DNA of 64,000 bases, from assembly GCA_951406725.2 (NCBI GenBank), contig OX597820.1:93930001-93994000 (forward strand), written 5' to 3'. Under the pieces are notes generated by a model that did no database searches, was not told the origin of the DNA, and worked only from the letters and a program-made list of their open reading frames with translations. How positions within the stretch are numbered: the stretch's first letter is position 1; the number at the start of each line of letters is the position of its first letter. The stretch comes from Octopus vulgaris (taxonomy: Eukaryota). Positions 1-14,891 of the stretch are shown here, one piece after another. A program made the translations under genes and the position numbers.

Positions 1-63
1 TTTAAAAACAGACCTATTTAATTAGGCCTGTTTTTAAAGAGAAAGAGAGAGAAAAAGAGGGGA

Positions 64-100
<37 letters not shown>

Positions 101-299
101 GAGAACATGTGTGTGTATGTTTGTAGCTGTGCATGTGTGTGTAAATCGTGTTGATACCTTTTATTAAAAACAGATTATATAAATGTGACAATAATATAGT
201 CCAACACTCGTGTTTCATTATCTGTCGTTAAATTCCACGACTGGGTGGCGAGTTAGTTTCGATCTATGATCTGTACCAACTGAATGTCGATACAGCTTA

Positions 300-670
300 T
301 CAATAAATTAAAAGAACCCGCCCTGTTTTGAGAAACGGGCCACAATGAGATGTGGATCATCATCAAGCGGGCCGCACTACAAAAAGAATTAAAGGTAATT
401 AATTGTTCGTTAGGCGTACCATTCAGAAAACCTTGTAGACTGCAATTTGCCTCTTGCTGGTCTAAAGGCACGTAACTTAATATTTCAAGGCATTTTTAAT
501 GACAATGAAATAAGGAAGAGCGGCATCCGTTACCTGTTTAAGTGCTCTGCGGCTAATAAGAGAACTAGAGGAAGAACGTGATATCCCCAAACTGGAGACC
601 TAGTTCGAATGCATGAAGGGTAGTAAATTCCGCTAAAGACATTTAAAGGCCAGTTAGTGGAGTGAAACAG
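300..670 (+). mobile_element. Decayed RTE-clade LINE fragment (ORF2 C-terminal region)
   Basis: 588-665 translates QTGDLVRMHEG**IPLKTFKGQLVE, resembling the RTE motif GH(L/V)VRMxxxR(I/L)PKxxxxG(E/Q)L; contains stops; upstream limit uncertain. Confidence 0.45.
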
Positions 671-1299
671 AGTGACAGATTGGGTCTACGACCCATGTAC
701 ACATCCAGGTATATGGCTAGATTACATACGGTTGGGTAGGAATGAGACGATTTGGATGCTGGTGTTTCGACACTTACAATCTGACACTAGGTACTCAACC
801 GGCTTGAGCGATATTTTGGCACGGGAAAGAAACACACATACACGGGCGAGAGTAGAAATACGTACATACGGAGAAAGAGAGAGAGAGAGAGAGAGGGGGG
901 AAAGAGAGTGGGAATGAGTGAAAGAGGATGTAGTAAAGAGAGGAAATCATTACAGGAAGGGAGAGAGAAAGAAAGCGAGAGGGTACGAGGAAAACATTAA
1001 AATGTCTAATGTAAAATAAGTCAGCGTCGACTCATCGATGCCAAATAAGAGGGGCCAAACGGCCGTGCTAAAACCTCTCTGACCAGTTAAGGTGGAAAAT
1101 ACTTTACAAATGTATCGCACAATCACAGTGAACTCGAAAACATTCCCAGATCCCTACTGATTCTGTTACTCAATACCTCTTCGTACAACATTATAGTCGT
1201 CTCTAGCAAGCGATTATGAGGCCCCTATGTAGACACGAGAAGCTATAGACATAATTTTTGTAATTCCTGCTCTTTACCCAGTTGGAGGGGAGAGAACTG

Positions 1300-1452
1300 T
1301 ACCAGCACTGGGCTGGTACTCAGTTTCAGCTGAGTTGACTTGAGCAACGTGAGATGAATTACCATGCTCAAGGGTTCAACGAGTCATTCCATCGAGGAAT
1401 TGAGCCCACGATCTTATCATCAAGGCACCGGCAGACTCACCAGTATGTCACA
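1300..1452 (-). mobile_element. Degenerate tRNA-headed SINE (head shared with 35978 and 63631 copies)
   Basis: cagctgagttgacttgagcaacgtgagatgaa...gctcaag...ggaattgagcccacgatctt aligns by eye with 63812-63900. Confidence 0.55.
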
Positions 1453-1464
1453 TGTCTTCTAACA

Positions 1465-1615
1465 GCGGCAGAAAACCTGAAATTTGTGAGGTGAGGCTTT
1501 GTTGATTACATTGACCCGAGTACTTGACTGGTACGATATTTTACCGACCATGGAATAATAAAAGACGAAGTTAACGCCAGCATGATTTGAACATAGAACG
1601 TAAACAGCTCTAACC
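1465..1615 (-). mobile_element. SINE family A, degenerate copy
   Basis: cctgaaatttgtgagg...gattacattgacccgagtacttgactggtac...atttgaacatagaacgtaaa matches family A. Confidence 0.65.
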
Positions 1616-2183
1616 TATACACCTCCGAACCGATTCTCTTATATTTGTGCCAATGCAATAGTAATAAATAAGACTAAATATTGCTAGTTAGCTTAAAGTG
1701 AATTTATGATGCAATTATTTAAAGACAACGAACAACTGAACAATGGAAATGTAATTGGCGACTGCTAGAATAACTGTCAACTTTGTTGAAAATCCTGCCT
1801 ATTAAAGAATATTTATAGAGAATAGCGTATTCAATGATATTAAAATAATAAATAGATATTTCAAGCAAGCATTTTTATTGGTGGGTAGAAATATACAGTG
1901 GGAGAATAATCAGTCAAATCTCCGAGTTATTACGAGAACCGTACAAAGGAACTTACATCTTAAGGTTACAGAAAAGATGTTGGTTAACTTGTCAATATGA
2001 CACAGCAGTTGGTACAAATCTTTGTAAACTATTTTTAAGAGTCAACACTTCTGCCTAGTTAGCTCCATAAAGCTATCCGCAAGAAACTTTTACTTGACTA
2101 ATAAAAGGTGTTTTTGAGATTAACTGATTCCCTGTAACAATGGGATATCATAAAAGTAAAATTCAAAACAGATAATTTTACAG

Positions 2184-2216
<33 letters not shown>

Positions 2217-2698
2217 CGAAAACCCAGATGTATTCAATGGTAATTTAATAGAGAACCCACCGTGCAATAAAAATCGGGTCAAGTATATTTACGAGTTATA
2301 CATGTTTGACAAGTAACTTGATCCGAGATCTGGGATTGTGTACTGACACTGAAACAATTACATCGTGAAAGACACGTGACAACGATTCAAAACCCACTAA
2401 CACCTTTATGTTTACGTTTGTTATGTTTTTAGACAGTGAAGGTCAGAAAAATATAAAAAATTAAAAAAACATATACGTTAATATAAAGATGCATGCGTAT
2501 TTTAAATGGCTGTCAGGACTCCTCCATTATACAACTGCTTCAGTTTTAACGCAATATCTCTTAGTACGGATCAGATTACTAGTGGTCAGCATTCGAAAGA
2601 TAAACAAAAATATCCCGCAGTGCAGGTAGTACGTGAAATACCATCAGGTATCAAAAGAGTTCGTCACATATACATCACTTAGTCATAGACACTATTCC

Positions 2699-2740
<42 letters not shown>

Positions 2741-2815
2741 CAAAAGAGGGGGTACCAAAGCTTTATGAGTAAATTGTAAATTCAGTAAACAGAATCTGAA
2801 AGAATCCCGCCGTGA

Positions 2816-2863
<48 letters not shown>

Positions 2864-2867
<4 letters not shown>

Positions 2868-3051
2868 AGAGTTTACGAAAAAAACAAACAAAAGATGAAG
2901 ACAGGTGGTGTACAAAACAAACAGATGTATTAGTATAACGCTCAGGAATAGAAAAAGTATTTTACGTTTCGAGCCTACGCTCTTCTACAGAAAGGGACAC
3001 AGAAAAAACAAGGAGAGAAACAAGGAGAGAAAAAATGTGTGTAGTGGCTAA
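2864..3051 (-). mobile_element. Penelope-type terminal-repeat element family P1 with hammerhead-like motif (2960-2994)
   Basis: Near-identical reverse complement of 25367-25563; abuts (TA)n at 2816-2863; minus strand reads CUUU CUGUAGA A GAGC GUAG GCUC GAAAC GUA AAAU. Confidence 0.7.
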
Positions 3052-3064
3052 GTCTTTGTGCTTA

Positions 3065-3245
3065 TGTTTGTTCCTCATCACCGCTTGACAACCGGTGTTG
3101 ATTTGTTTGCGCCAATGTAACTTAGCGATTCGGCATAACGGTGCGATAGAATATGTACCAGGCTTTAAAAAAATGATGTACTGGGTTCGATTCAAGGCGA
3201 TGCCCCAGCAAGGTCATAGTCCAATAACTGAAGCATGATAAAAGA
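3065..3245 (+). mobile_element. SINE family B (CORE-type), 3' half
   Basis: cgcttgacaaccggtgttg...cttagcgattcggc...gatgccccagcaaggtcatagtccaataactgaa matches the 3' half of the 6714-7135 element. Confidence 0.7.
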
Positions 3246-3261
3246 TACATAAGTACACATA

Positions 3262-3309
<48 letters not shown>

Positions 3310-3798
3310 TGTGTGTGTGCGTCCGTGTACATCCGTGCGCTTGCATGAAACTTTTAGTATTGTGATATTTTAATTTCAATCAAATACCAGTAAAACTTAG
3401 ACACTAATTAGAAATATTAATATTAAGAAAAGAATCTATTTCTACTGAGATGGTGTATATAGATAACCATACTTTTATATTTATTGTACATGGGCAGAAA
3501 AAGTTGAAAGCAAGAGAAAGCGATATTTTTTTTTCTGTATATCAAATTGTAACTCGCAATATTACAAATTACATTTTAATAACTGTCCGGCAAAAATGGT
3601 TTAGAACAGGGTTTAAACATTTAATATACTTTAGATCTTTATACAAAAATAAAATGGTTGGCTGAATTCGTATAAGATTGTATTTAAAATCAATAAAAGT
3701 TATGCAATGGCATGCGTATATATAGAAATCTTGAATTAGAAGAGTTAGAATAATTAAGATTTAAATAGATTAATGATTTAGTAATTAGTTATGTTAAA

Positions 3799-3909
3799 AG
3801 TAAAAAGATAACTTAGAGCGAGGTAAAATGACTGATAGTTTACAGATATAGAGAGTAAAAAGATAACTTTGAGCGAGGTAAAGTAACTAATAGTTTACAG
3901 ATATAGAGA
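3799..3909. repeat. Tandem duplication, two units of about 55 bp
   Basis: agtaaaagataactt(a/t)gagcgaggtaaa...atagtttacagatatagaga occurs twice head-to-tail. Confidence 0.85.
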
Positions 3910-4044
3910 CGGTACTGGTCATGAGAGGAAATGAAGAAATATTTTAAATATATTAAACTAAGATCAACAACAGGCGGTGTATATTGGAAAATACAACAAA
4001 AAACGAAAGAGGTAACTAAGCAACAAATATAAAGGTTTAGAGGA

Positions 4045-4385
4045 AATCCCACTGCGTGGCACCTTGGGCAAGTGTCTTCTGCTATAGCCTCGGGCCGATC
4101 AAAGCCTTGTGAATGGATTTGCTAGACGGAAAGTGAAAGAAGCCCGTCGTATATACATATATATATATATATGCTTGTATGTCTGTGTTTGAACCCCACC
4201 CCATCGCTTGAACAACTGACGCTGGTGTGTTTACGTCCCCATGATCTAACGGTTCGGCAAAAGGAACAGATAGAGGAAGTACTGGGTTTACAAAGAATAA
4301 GTACTGGGGTCGATTTTTTAGACTAAAGTCGGTGCTCCAGCATGGCCGCGGTCAAATTACTGAAATAAATAAAAGAATAAAAGGA
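4045..4385 (+). mobile_element. SINE family B (CORE-type), 5'-truncated
   Basis: cccactgcgtggcaccttgggcaagtgtcttct (CORE-like), internal (TA)n, ends ggtgctccagcatggccgcggtcaaattactgaaa plus A-rich tail. Confidence 0.85.
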
Positions 4386-4511
4386 AAGAATGTATGCACA
4401 CATATCTATAAATATATGTATATATATACATATATATATATATATCTTTTATATGCATATATATGTATGTGTATATCATATTTATATACACTTATGTACG
4501 CATGTACTTGC

Positions 4512-4515
<4 letters not shown>

Positions 4516-4568
<53 letters not shown>

Positions 4569-4573
4569 TAGAG

Positions 4574-4658
<85 letters not shown>

Positions 4659-4660
4659 TA
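4516..4660. repeat. Compound microsatellite (TA)n-(GA)n-(GATA)n
   Basis: Directly visible. Confidence 0.95.
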
Positions 4661-5224
4661 TGTTTGCATGCATGTATGTATATAATGTATGTATGACTGC
4701 ATTGCCGGCAGTCAAGAAATCAATAGATTTCCAAAAAATGCGTCTCTAGATTTACGTGCAAAACTTAAAAAGCAAAAATAAAAGAGAAAAGCCTAATGCT
4801 TGCTTAGGTGTACATAGAGACAGATATAAAACGTACATATCTTAAAATAACATTGTCTTTTATAAAGGATTGTGTCAAATCAATAACAGAGTATGTCTCT
4901 AAACTGCATGTTGTTACTATAAGAGCAATTTGGTATATGTAGAAACAAAGATTTTATTTTAACCAAAAGCAGCTTCAAGAAAATATGTGTATCGAATTAA
5001 AAGAAAACGTGTGAAAATGAATACATTGGAATGTCAGAATGTAAAATAAAAACAAGCTAATATTAATGTGGATGAAAATATAAAAGATATATAGAAAAAG
5101 GTAACAAGTTCGAGTGAAATCTACAAAATATCTGATATTTGCTTTAGAATATATAAAGAGATGAATATAAAACGCCTATCTTAAAATAACTCTCTTACAA
5201 GGTTGTATTACATATATTCTGTTA

Positions 5225-5462
5225 TTCTTTCATTCGTTTACTTGTTTCAGTCATTGGACTGCGGCCATGCTGGAGCAACGCCTTGAAGGGTTTAGTTCAA
5301 CAAACCGACACCGGTACTTCTTTTCTTTCATTTTTGTTTGTTTGTTTGTTTGTTTAATCCAGGTACTTATTTTATCGATCCCTTTGCCGAAACGGTAAGT
5401 TATGAGGACGTAAACAAACCGGTCGTCAAGCGTTGGTGGGGGACGAACACAAACAAAGACAC
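5225..5462 (-). mobile_element. SINE family B, 3' half
   Basis: ttacttgtttcagtcattggactgcggccatgctggagc...ccggtcgtcaagcgttggtggggg. Confidence 0.8.
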
Positions 5463-5506
5463 AGCATGACCGCAGTCAACTGACCGAAAGAAATGAAAGA
5501 TAAAAG

Positions 5507-6050
<544 letters not shown>

Positions 6051-6227
6051 ATAAGTACTATGAATTCATTTTTAACACCAGCAGAGGTTATTACAACAAA
6101 TGCATTACATGTTTTAACAAATTTGTATTGGAAACTTAAATTGTTTAGACAAGGAAAACCCCATTACATTAATTTAACACATAGAGAAACAAAGATCAAC
6201 AACAAAGATAAATTGTGTGCATGTGTA

Positions 6228-6269
<42 letters not shown>

Positions 6270-6713
6270 ACATAACATAACAAAGGTTAGCTTGAATTTC
6301 CCACAGTTATAAGACCGTTGGGGATATAAAGCGAAGAAGTTGATTCGCAGTGCTAGTTCATCTTAACAGACATGACCCCCACTGAAAATGGTGCTATGTT
6401 ATAACGACGACGACGACAACGACGACGACGACAACTGCTTCTAACAAAGCCACATGACTGATATTTCATTGTAAAAACAGATTGTGGCGGATTGCATAAA
6501 CTGACTCAGAGCATAGAAAATAGAGATAGCTTATATCTAGCAAACAGACAACAAACATTTTAACACTCACGTACGTACGCACGCACATACCTCTACAAAA
6601 ACACGTATTCGCGTGGAAATTACATACGATTAGATAGTACACACACACGCACGCACGTACAGACACATGTGAATATATACATATGTATATATAGATGCTG
6701 AAGTCTGGTTACA

Positions 6714-6916
6714 TTACTCTTTTACTCTTTTACTTGTTTCAGTCATTTGACCGCGACCATGCTGGAGCACCGCCTTTAGTCGAGCAAATCGACCCCGGAC
6801 TTATTCTTTGTAAGCCCAGTACTTATTCTATCGGTCTCTTTTGCTGAACCGCTAAGTGACGGGGACGTAAATACACCAGCATCGGTTGTCAAGCAATGCT
6901 AGGGGGACAAACACAG

Positions 6917-6973
<57 letters not shown>

Positions 6974-7135
6974 TACGACAGGCTTCTTTCAGTTTCCGTC
7001 AACCAAATCCACTCACAAGGCATTGGTCGGCCCGGGGCTATAGCAGAAGACACTTGCCCAAGATGCCACGCAGTAGGACTGAACCTGGAACCATGTGGTT
7101 GGTTAGCAAGCTACTTACCACACAGCCACTCCTGC
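6714..7135 (-). mobile_element. SINE family B (tRNA head + CORE-like domain; resembles octopus OR-type SINEs), full length
   Basis: Minus strand: gtggctgtgtggtaag (A-box-like), ggttcagtcc (B-box-like), gcatcttgggcaagtgtctt (CORE-like), internal (TA)/(TG) tract, gtaaaaga tail; highly similar to 48302-48703. Confidence 0.9.
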
Positions 7136-7261
7136 ATTAAGGATGAAGCTACACAAACATCTAAACGCACATTCTTATTAATGTAGTAATACACGAATAG
7201 AGGAATGAAAACGAGTGACGATATTCGGCGACATTTATATCTTTCTTATTGTACCTTACTT

Positions 7262-7554
7262 TACCTTCTCTTACTTGCTTCAGTCGTTGGACTATGACCA
7301 TGCAAGGGCACCACTTTGAAGGGTTTAATCGAAGAAGTCGGCCATAGTGTTCATTTTGAAGTCTGGCACGTATTTTATCGTCCCTCATGCCGAACCGCTA
7401 CGTTACGGGGGCCGTAAACAAACTAACACTAGTTGTCAAGCGGTGGTAGGAGCTTCGGCTTTACAGTCTGACGAGATGTTCACGGGACTAAGCCTTTTGA
7501 CGATGCGAAACCATTGGTCACTCTATGACCGGACCATTGACTTAACTACACATA

Positions 7555-7594
<40 letters not shown>

Positions 7595-7755
7595 GGACGG
7601 GTTCCTTTCAGTTTCCGTTTACCTAATTTACTTACAAGGCTTTGGTTGACCCAGGGCTATAGTGGAAGACTCCCAAAGTGTCGTGCAGTGGAACAGAACC
7701 CAAAACCACGTTGTTGGGAAGCAAGTTTCTTACTACACAGCCGCGCCCTTGCCTA
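7262..7755 (-). mobile_element. SINE family B, older full-length copy
   Basis: Same blocks in the same order as 6714-7135, more diverged. Confidence 0.75.
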
Positions 7756-7871
7756 TTGGTGAAATTGTTAACATTAATAAAATTTGGAGCGGACATACCC
7801 ACTTTTTGCGTTCAAAGGATTAAATGCAAGGACAAATATAAAACAAAATAAACAATTCATATACGACATAT

Positions 7872-8089
7872 ATTGATTTCAAATTTTGCCACAAGACCAG
7901 CGATTTCGGGGCAGGGATAAGTCGATTACATCGACCCAAGTTCTCAGCTGGTACTAATTTTAACGATTCTGAAGAGGATGAAAGGAAAAGTCGACCTCGG
8001 CGGAATTTGAACTTAGAGCATAAAGACAGGCGGAATGTCGCTAAGTATTTTACCTGGTGCGCTAACGATTCTGCCAGCTCGCCGCCTTG
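7872..8089 (-). mobile_element. SINE family A (tRNA-like head + Meta/Nin-like central domain)
   Basis: ggatgaaaggaaaagtcgacctcggcggaatttgaact...gctaacgattctgccagctcgccgcctt. Confidence 0.85.
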
Positions 8090-8269
8090 AACATGACATG
8101 TATTGCTCAGAATAGATATGTGTATGGATGCTCCCGTACTCTTGTGTGTGTGTGGGGGTGGTGGTGCCATACACATGATAGGGAAAGTATTAGAAACTAA
8201 CAAATATGTAGTGGCAGTTTGTCTCGTCTTGGGATTGATGCGTGCACGTGCGTGTGTATGTGTATTGTT

Positions 8270-8307
<38 letters not shown>

Positions 8308-8441
8308 GGTATGTGTCTGTGAATATATATATATATATGTGCGAGGTGGGAGTATTTGTCTCAGTATTTGTGTTTATATGAATGATAGCCAGATGAAGAA
8401 GGTTAGATAGACAGTGAAACTAGAAAGAAAGGCGGACAGAA

Positions 8442-8477
<36 letters not shown>

Positions 8478-11026
8478 AAAAAGGAGAGTGAAAAGAACAA
8501 TATAATGAGAAAAGGAAAGCTGCATTATGAAAGAGAGGCAGAGATAGAGTGAGGAAGTATTGCAAAGAGATATAAAAGTAGCATAGAGAGGTAAGAAACG
8601 AGAGATAGAGAAATGGAGAGAAATGGAGAGAGAGAGGGGGGAAGGGAGGTAGGGAGGGAGGGAGATAATGTGAGAGTAGAAAGAAAAGAGGATGATGAGG
8701 GAGAAAGGGTGTGAGGCGGGGAGCGGAAGTAAATGAGAAATAGTAATGAGATTATATCTTTAATTCTGAAAATTAAAAGTCTAAGATTGCCAATGAGAAG
8801 AATTGATTTGCAGAGAATATTGATGTTTTACTCAATGTAATTTGAACCCAAACATCTGAAAGCAATATTTTCTCCCCCATACTCCGTCATTATTTATCAT
8901 CATCATCGTTAGCTTCATCTTCGTCGTCATGGTCGCCATGAGAATAAACACTTGAATTGATTTCTTAATCAAGCATAAGGCTATACAGATGTATAAGGTA
9001 GAAAGAAATTTGAATGTGTGTGATGTCGATGTCTTTCTTGTGAGGAATTAGCAACAGAAGGGAAGCGAAATGTCTACAAATGGGAATGAAAAATAGATCA
9101 CGGACTCAGCTTACTGTAATCTCTCCTCTGTCTCTCTCGCTTTACTTGACTTCAGTTAGATCTTAATATAATCACATCGTCTGCTCATACACACTAAGTT
9201 GTATCTCGCGCTTTATATATTGCTCCCCAGATCTTGTCTCTCCAAAATCTTGCATTTTGTCTCTGATGTTTAAATTTATCGGGCGCTTACATTTCATTCT
9301 CCATGCTTGAGCTCGCCAAGTGCTCATATGTTTTGCAAATCTGAGCTCACTATGAACACAAATTTGATCTCCAAATCTCATCGCACTTAATTTTTCTCTA
9401 AGTCTTTGCACATTTATCTTTTACTCTTCAAATCTCATCTAATGAAAAGTTTACTCTTTGCTTTCTATCTTTCAGTTTGCCCACTGTGCTCAATAGGTCC
9501 CGTACTTAACAAAATGTGCCAAAATAACGAAGGTAGCAAGATTTAAAACTAGAGTGAAATAGTTAATAATTGCAATAGCTGTTCGAATTGAATGCGATAT
9601 CTTCATTACTGTTTCTCTATGGTGAAAATCGGTAAGGACGGGATTCTAAATCAAAATAAAAAAAATATATCGAACTAGTTGAAAATAGAGGCATTGAATC
9701 TTGTTTTCGGTTATTAAAAAGCTTCTAACACTAGCTGAGGAATGAAAGGTTTCAAGGGTTGATGAAACAAGGGAGGTTGTGTCAGGGAAGAGAAAATGGA
9801 ATTTTTACTGATAGACATGACAAAGTATGTGGAGGAATGTTCCGAGATATATTTGGGTCACCAGTGAAACATCATCTTTACGTATTGCCCGTAAGTCAGT
9901 TTATATAATTCCAACCCTTCCAATGCTGAATTAACAAAAGAATGCGAGTTTTCGTAGCGAGTTAATGAAATTGGCTTCGAGAGTACCAGAAACGGAAGAA
10001 ATTCATACAACAATGAATTCAGTCTGTCTGAGACCAAATCTCACTGGAGTTGGCTTTGCCCCTTTATCTCTTCTAAATCGATAAATTTTGTACTGAACAC
10101 TATGTAATGTAAAGCTGCTCGTTTCATCTATCGTTATAACTTATCTCTTTTCCATAAGTCTATGAATTTATAAGCATATAAGAAATCAATTTTAAGTAGC
10201 TGTAGTTGAGACAATAAAGCAACAGTAAGAGAAATTGTTACGTTCTTTCGTATTTCATCAAGGAAAATTCTTTACAAGCAAATTTACCTTCTTGACAAAG
10301 ATAGAGAATAAAGACGATTCTGATAGAAAATGAATTCTGTTCACAGATGTATAAAATTAAATAGAATAACGTGGTGATACATCCGCAGTTTCAATCATTT
10401 ACACCGCCCAAAGTAAACTAAACGATAAATTAATAATGATGTGCCACTCGAAGCAAAACATGAACAGAAAGGTGTGTCTATATTTACCATGATAATCACT
10501 AATAACAAAATCCAAAGTTCAAGCGAGTCAATTATTTATCGAATGCTGTCTTGTGTAATATAATAATGAATTGCTTAGGGATGTGTAGCAGAGCAGAGAA
10601 GCGATTATAAAAACGGAGAATAAATATATGAATGTTTCCACTTCATAGATAATTGTTTAAATTTCTAATGCTTTAAATATAATGATTTTCACCTTAATTA
10701 GTTGATCATTGCAGGCAGACAATATGGTTTAGCACGTGATACGTTATAAATATATACTAATATGATTAAGCACTTTTAGCGTTTAGTTAGTCACAATACG
10801 TTATAAATACTAAGGATCGTGATTAAACATTTACAGCATTTAATCTATCATTATACAATATAATTAGCCACAACAAAAACTACAGCTATGATGGACTAAA
10901 GTTTCAGTATCTTACCAGAGTTGAAAAATGTGTTTTTAAGAAAAAAATTTGTTTTTAAGAAGCCTAACATAATAATTTTTAAATGGTGGTGGTGATGGTG
11001 TGTGTGTGTGTGTGTGTGTATTGGGA

Positions 11027-11237
11027 GGTAAGGTGGTGAGTTTGCAGAATCTTTATTGCACTGGGCGGAATGCCGAGCGGAATTTCGTCCGTCTTCATGC
11101 TTTGCGTTCAAATTCTGTTGATGTCGACTTTGCCTAGGGGTCGGTAAAATAATTACCAGTTGAGCACTGGTGTTGATGTAATCAACTTAGCCACTACCTC
11201 GAAATTGCTGGCCTTGTGCTAATATCTGAGACCAATT
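11027..11237 (+). mobile_element. SINE family A
   Basis: aaggtggtgagtttgcagaatc...gttcaaattctgttgatgtcgactttgcct...accagttgagcactgg. Confidence 0.8.
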
Positions 11238-12744
11238 TAAGAATAGCGAAAGACTGGTTAACTTCATCTTCCACTAATCTGTCTTTTGAGGTTTGACATT
11301 CCTGCAGTCAAGTGTCCCTATATAATTGTTTTCACGACAAAAAGGACCTAAAATAATCAACGGAAACTGCTGTTCCTCATCTTTAAACAACAGCAACAAA
11401 AGCAAATATATTATTCTTTTAACTGAGTATTTATTATTCTTCACTGCTTTAGGTCAATTTAGGAAATAATGTGAAAACGTTTCGTAAAAAACATGTTTCA
11501 TTTGAAGATGGTCGAATGATATAACAACTGAAATATAGGTTTAAAAATTCGCAGGTATAGACAAAACTAAACCATTATTTGGACTATACGAGTCTTAAAT
11601 ATTACTAATATTACATCTTTATGTATGTGTGTGTGTAAGTGTGTGAGTGTGTATGTACGTATGTGTGTATAGGATATAGAAAGTTTATCGAAAAGTTATT
11701 CACTGAAAGGCATTCATCGAAAACATATTGATCAAAAAGACAAAATTACCGGGAGAAAAATTAATTGATATCAAATATATCGAAATACAAAGTCGTAGGA
11801 GAAAGTAATAAAAAAATTAGCTTTGTTGACAAAGTTTTCCCAACAACTTATTGTAATTTAAAAGAAGAAAAAAAACTGTTATTTTTAAATGGAATATATT
11901 TTCAATTTATTTTCGGGTAATCTGCCAATTTACTTAAATGAAAATAGAAATGCATCATAATCTTGATTAATTTTTTAAATTATAGAAATTAATTATTTTC
12001 AAATGAAATACACTTTCAATTTTACTTAAGCACAGCGGAGGAGGTGGGGACAGCGCTACATGCGTGTCTGTTCCATAGAGCGTCCAACATTCAAGAAATA
12101 TTTAAAAGCTCTCTTTTGTTTACTGGAAATAACAATAATAATTGCTTCTTTATTGGCGGCAATGACCGCAGAAACTTTTAAGATGGTTAGAGATTTATAT
12201 AGAAAAGTTTAAGCAGTAACAATATGCAAAAGAATCTTACCAAACAAAATCCCTAATAGGAGGGAAAACGTCAGTCAGGGGCAACCAAGGAGCCCTACGG
12301 ATCCTGAGTCAGTCTGCTCAGAAAGAGTACTATGGAAAGTAGTACTCTCCTTCAACATAGGCAGGCACGCGACCACAAAGTTTATGGGCGGTGTATGGGC
12401 GGTTATATTTATGTAATAATTTCATTGGCATTTATTTCATCAACAGATGAAGGATAATTGGCTCAGTCGATCATGGCAAGCTCTGATTGTAAAAGCTAAC
12501 GTGACGTTGGTCATAACCACAGATTACGTTATTGTATGCTCTATCAGTAGATCTCCACGCATCACCCTACCATAATTCGTAACATATGTACACGACGGAA
12601 ACACTTCAATGGCTGCCAGTATTTGACTGGTTGACGGGAAGTACGCCTTCTGTCCAGGACACTGACAATCTTGTGAATGTTTATATTTTATGGATATCAA
12701 AAAGAACTTCTTCAAAATCTAAAAACTCTAATTTACATCTTCTT

Positions 12745-13065
12745 TTACTTGCTTCATTCATAAGACGGCGTATTACCTTCAAACAAATCAGCCCTCGTGC
12801 TAATAGTTTAAGCTTGGTACTTAATCTACGTCTAACAGATAGGTTTTGGGGGTGCAAATAAACTAGAACCGGTTAACAAGCAGTAGTGGGAACAAACATA
12901 ACTTACACATACATATATATGTACGACAGGCTTATTTCAATCAATGTCTCCTAAATTCACTCACAAGGCTTTGGTCATTCTAGTACTATAGTTGGAGACT
13001 GTAGCTCAAAGTTTAAAGCAGTGGGACTTAACCCAAGGTTACATGGTTAGGAAGTAAGCCGTACC
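12745..13065 (-). mobile_element. SINE family B, degenerate
   Basis: tacgacaggctt...aaattcactcacaaggctttggtc...gcagtgggacttaacccaa. Confidence 0.65.
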
Positions 13066-13867
13066 TAAGATGTTAAATCATTGTGCCATTTAATTCAAAT
13101 AATAATCAATCATTTGAACATATTTATATATCGTTTTTTACCTGTGTATTTTAAAAATATTAAAATTTTGATTAATATGTCACCTTTTTTCCGATTAACA
13201 TGTTTTGACTCAATTTCTCTTTCAACCAAAGTTCCTAAACCTATATCACACACACACGCATATATATGTACATACATACTAACACACATATATATAGACA
13301 GAGAGAGAAAGAGAAAGAAAAAAGAGAGAGTAAGAATGAGAGAGAGAGAGAGAGAGTGAGTTCCGCTGATTTGATGAGTTAGCATTCTTCATTTGAATTA
13401 ATTTGTGACTATACAATTGCATTGTATAACGCTGAGCATACATATTGATGTAGACACGTACATATAACTTTCCATACGGAAATTAATAACACTATCCGAA
13501 GGCTACGAAACGGCTGTTATCATATGGAAATCATACGGAAAAATCTATTTTCACCACTCGCACTTCACCTCCTGACTTTATGCTTTATATACAACGTGTA
13601 TGTGCATATGTATCCACGCGTGCGTGCGTGCCTGTGTGTGTGTAGATATTTTAGCCCAGAACTTTTCAGTTGGTTAACTCTGTGATTAACATTTGCTCTT
13701 ATTACTACATCATTAGATTCAGATGAAGCTCCTTGCTTAAAGCAGTAATGACAACATAACTTTCACTTATATCCTTTCGCTTTATATAACCAGCTAACCT
13801 ACTCCCAATAAGTTAAAGATTACTACACCTTTCACAAAAATATAGCTATATATATAGACACGTACAA

Positions 13868-13950
13868 TACATACATACATACATACATACATACATACAT
13901 ACATACATACATACATACATACATACATACATACATACATACATACATAC
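13868..13950. repeat. (TACA)n microsatellite
   Basis: Directly visible. Confidence 0.95.
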
Positions 13951-14190
13951 TTTATGTATATGTGCGTTCGTATATATTTGTGGTTTGCATGTAATTCTTA
14001 TATTTTAATGATTATATTTTTTCTTCTTAATAGAAAACAGTGAAGAGTAGATAACCGACATATTTTCTTGAAGAAAAATAGTAAAATACAAAATAGCTTG
14101 AAGGGAAATCAAAGTAAATAAACCTGAATTTAAGGGGAAAACGGGCTACTCCGTGCAAATAATAACAATAACAACAAAAACAACAACAGC

Positions 14191-14239
<49 letters not shown>

Positions 14240-14401
14240 TTAATAATAATAATACCAATAATAATAATGTAAGAATTTGTCTTTCATCTTTCATACCGAT
14301 TTTCAAAAAGCTCTTTTGGCAGAAGGAATTTTACTGGTGATATAGAAAGGAACTGTTTTTAATACTGGAGAAGAGAAAAATTAAAGGCACACATACACAC
14401 A

Positions 14402-14453
<52 letters not shown>

Positions 14454-14564
14454 CAGTCACAATCAGAAATACACATGGAGCAGATGTTTCAAGAACGGTG
14501 AATGAATAAAATGATAATATAGTTGAAATAACAAAGTTACTGATAAAGAAGAACTTTTGTATAC

Positions 14565-14840
14565 GGACAGATGTCGTACGTACAGCTACTGTACAGTACA
14601 GTACAGTACAGTAGAGATACGTATAAATCTCGACAAACGTTGACAGGGCAGCTTTAATATGGTAAAGCAGAGATATAAATATGTATTGACTGAGCAGCTA
14701 TTGTACAGTTCAGTACAGTTGTGTAGATATGTCGACTGGACAGCCATTGCACAGTCCAGTACATACGTCGACTGGATAATTACTGCACAGTTCAGTACAG
14801 AAGTCTTCATACGTTAACTGGACAGTTACTGTATAGTTCA

Positions 14841-14891
<51 letters not shown>
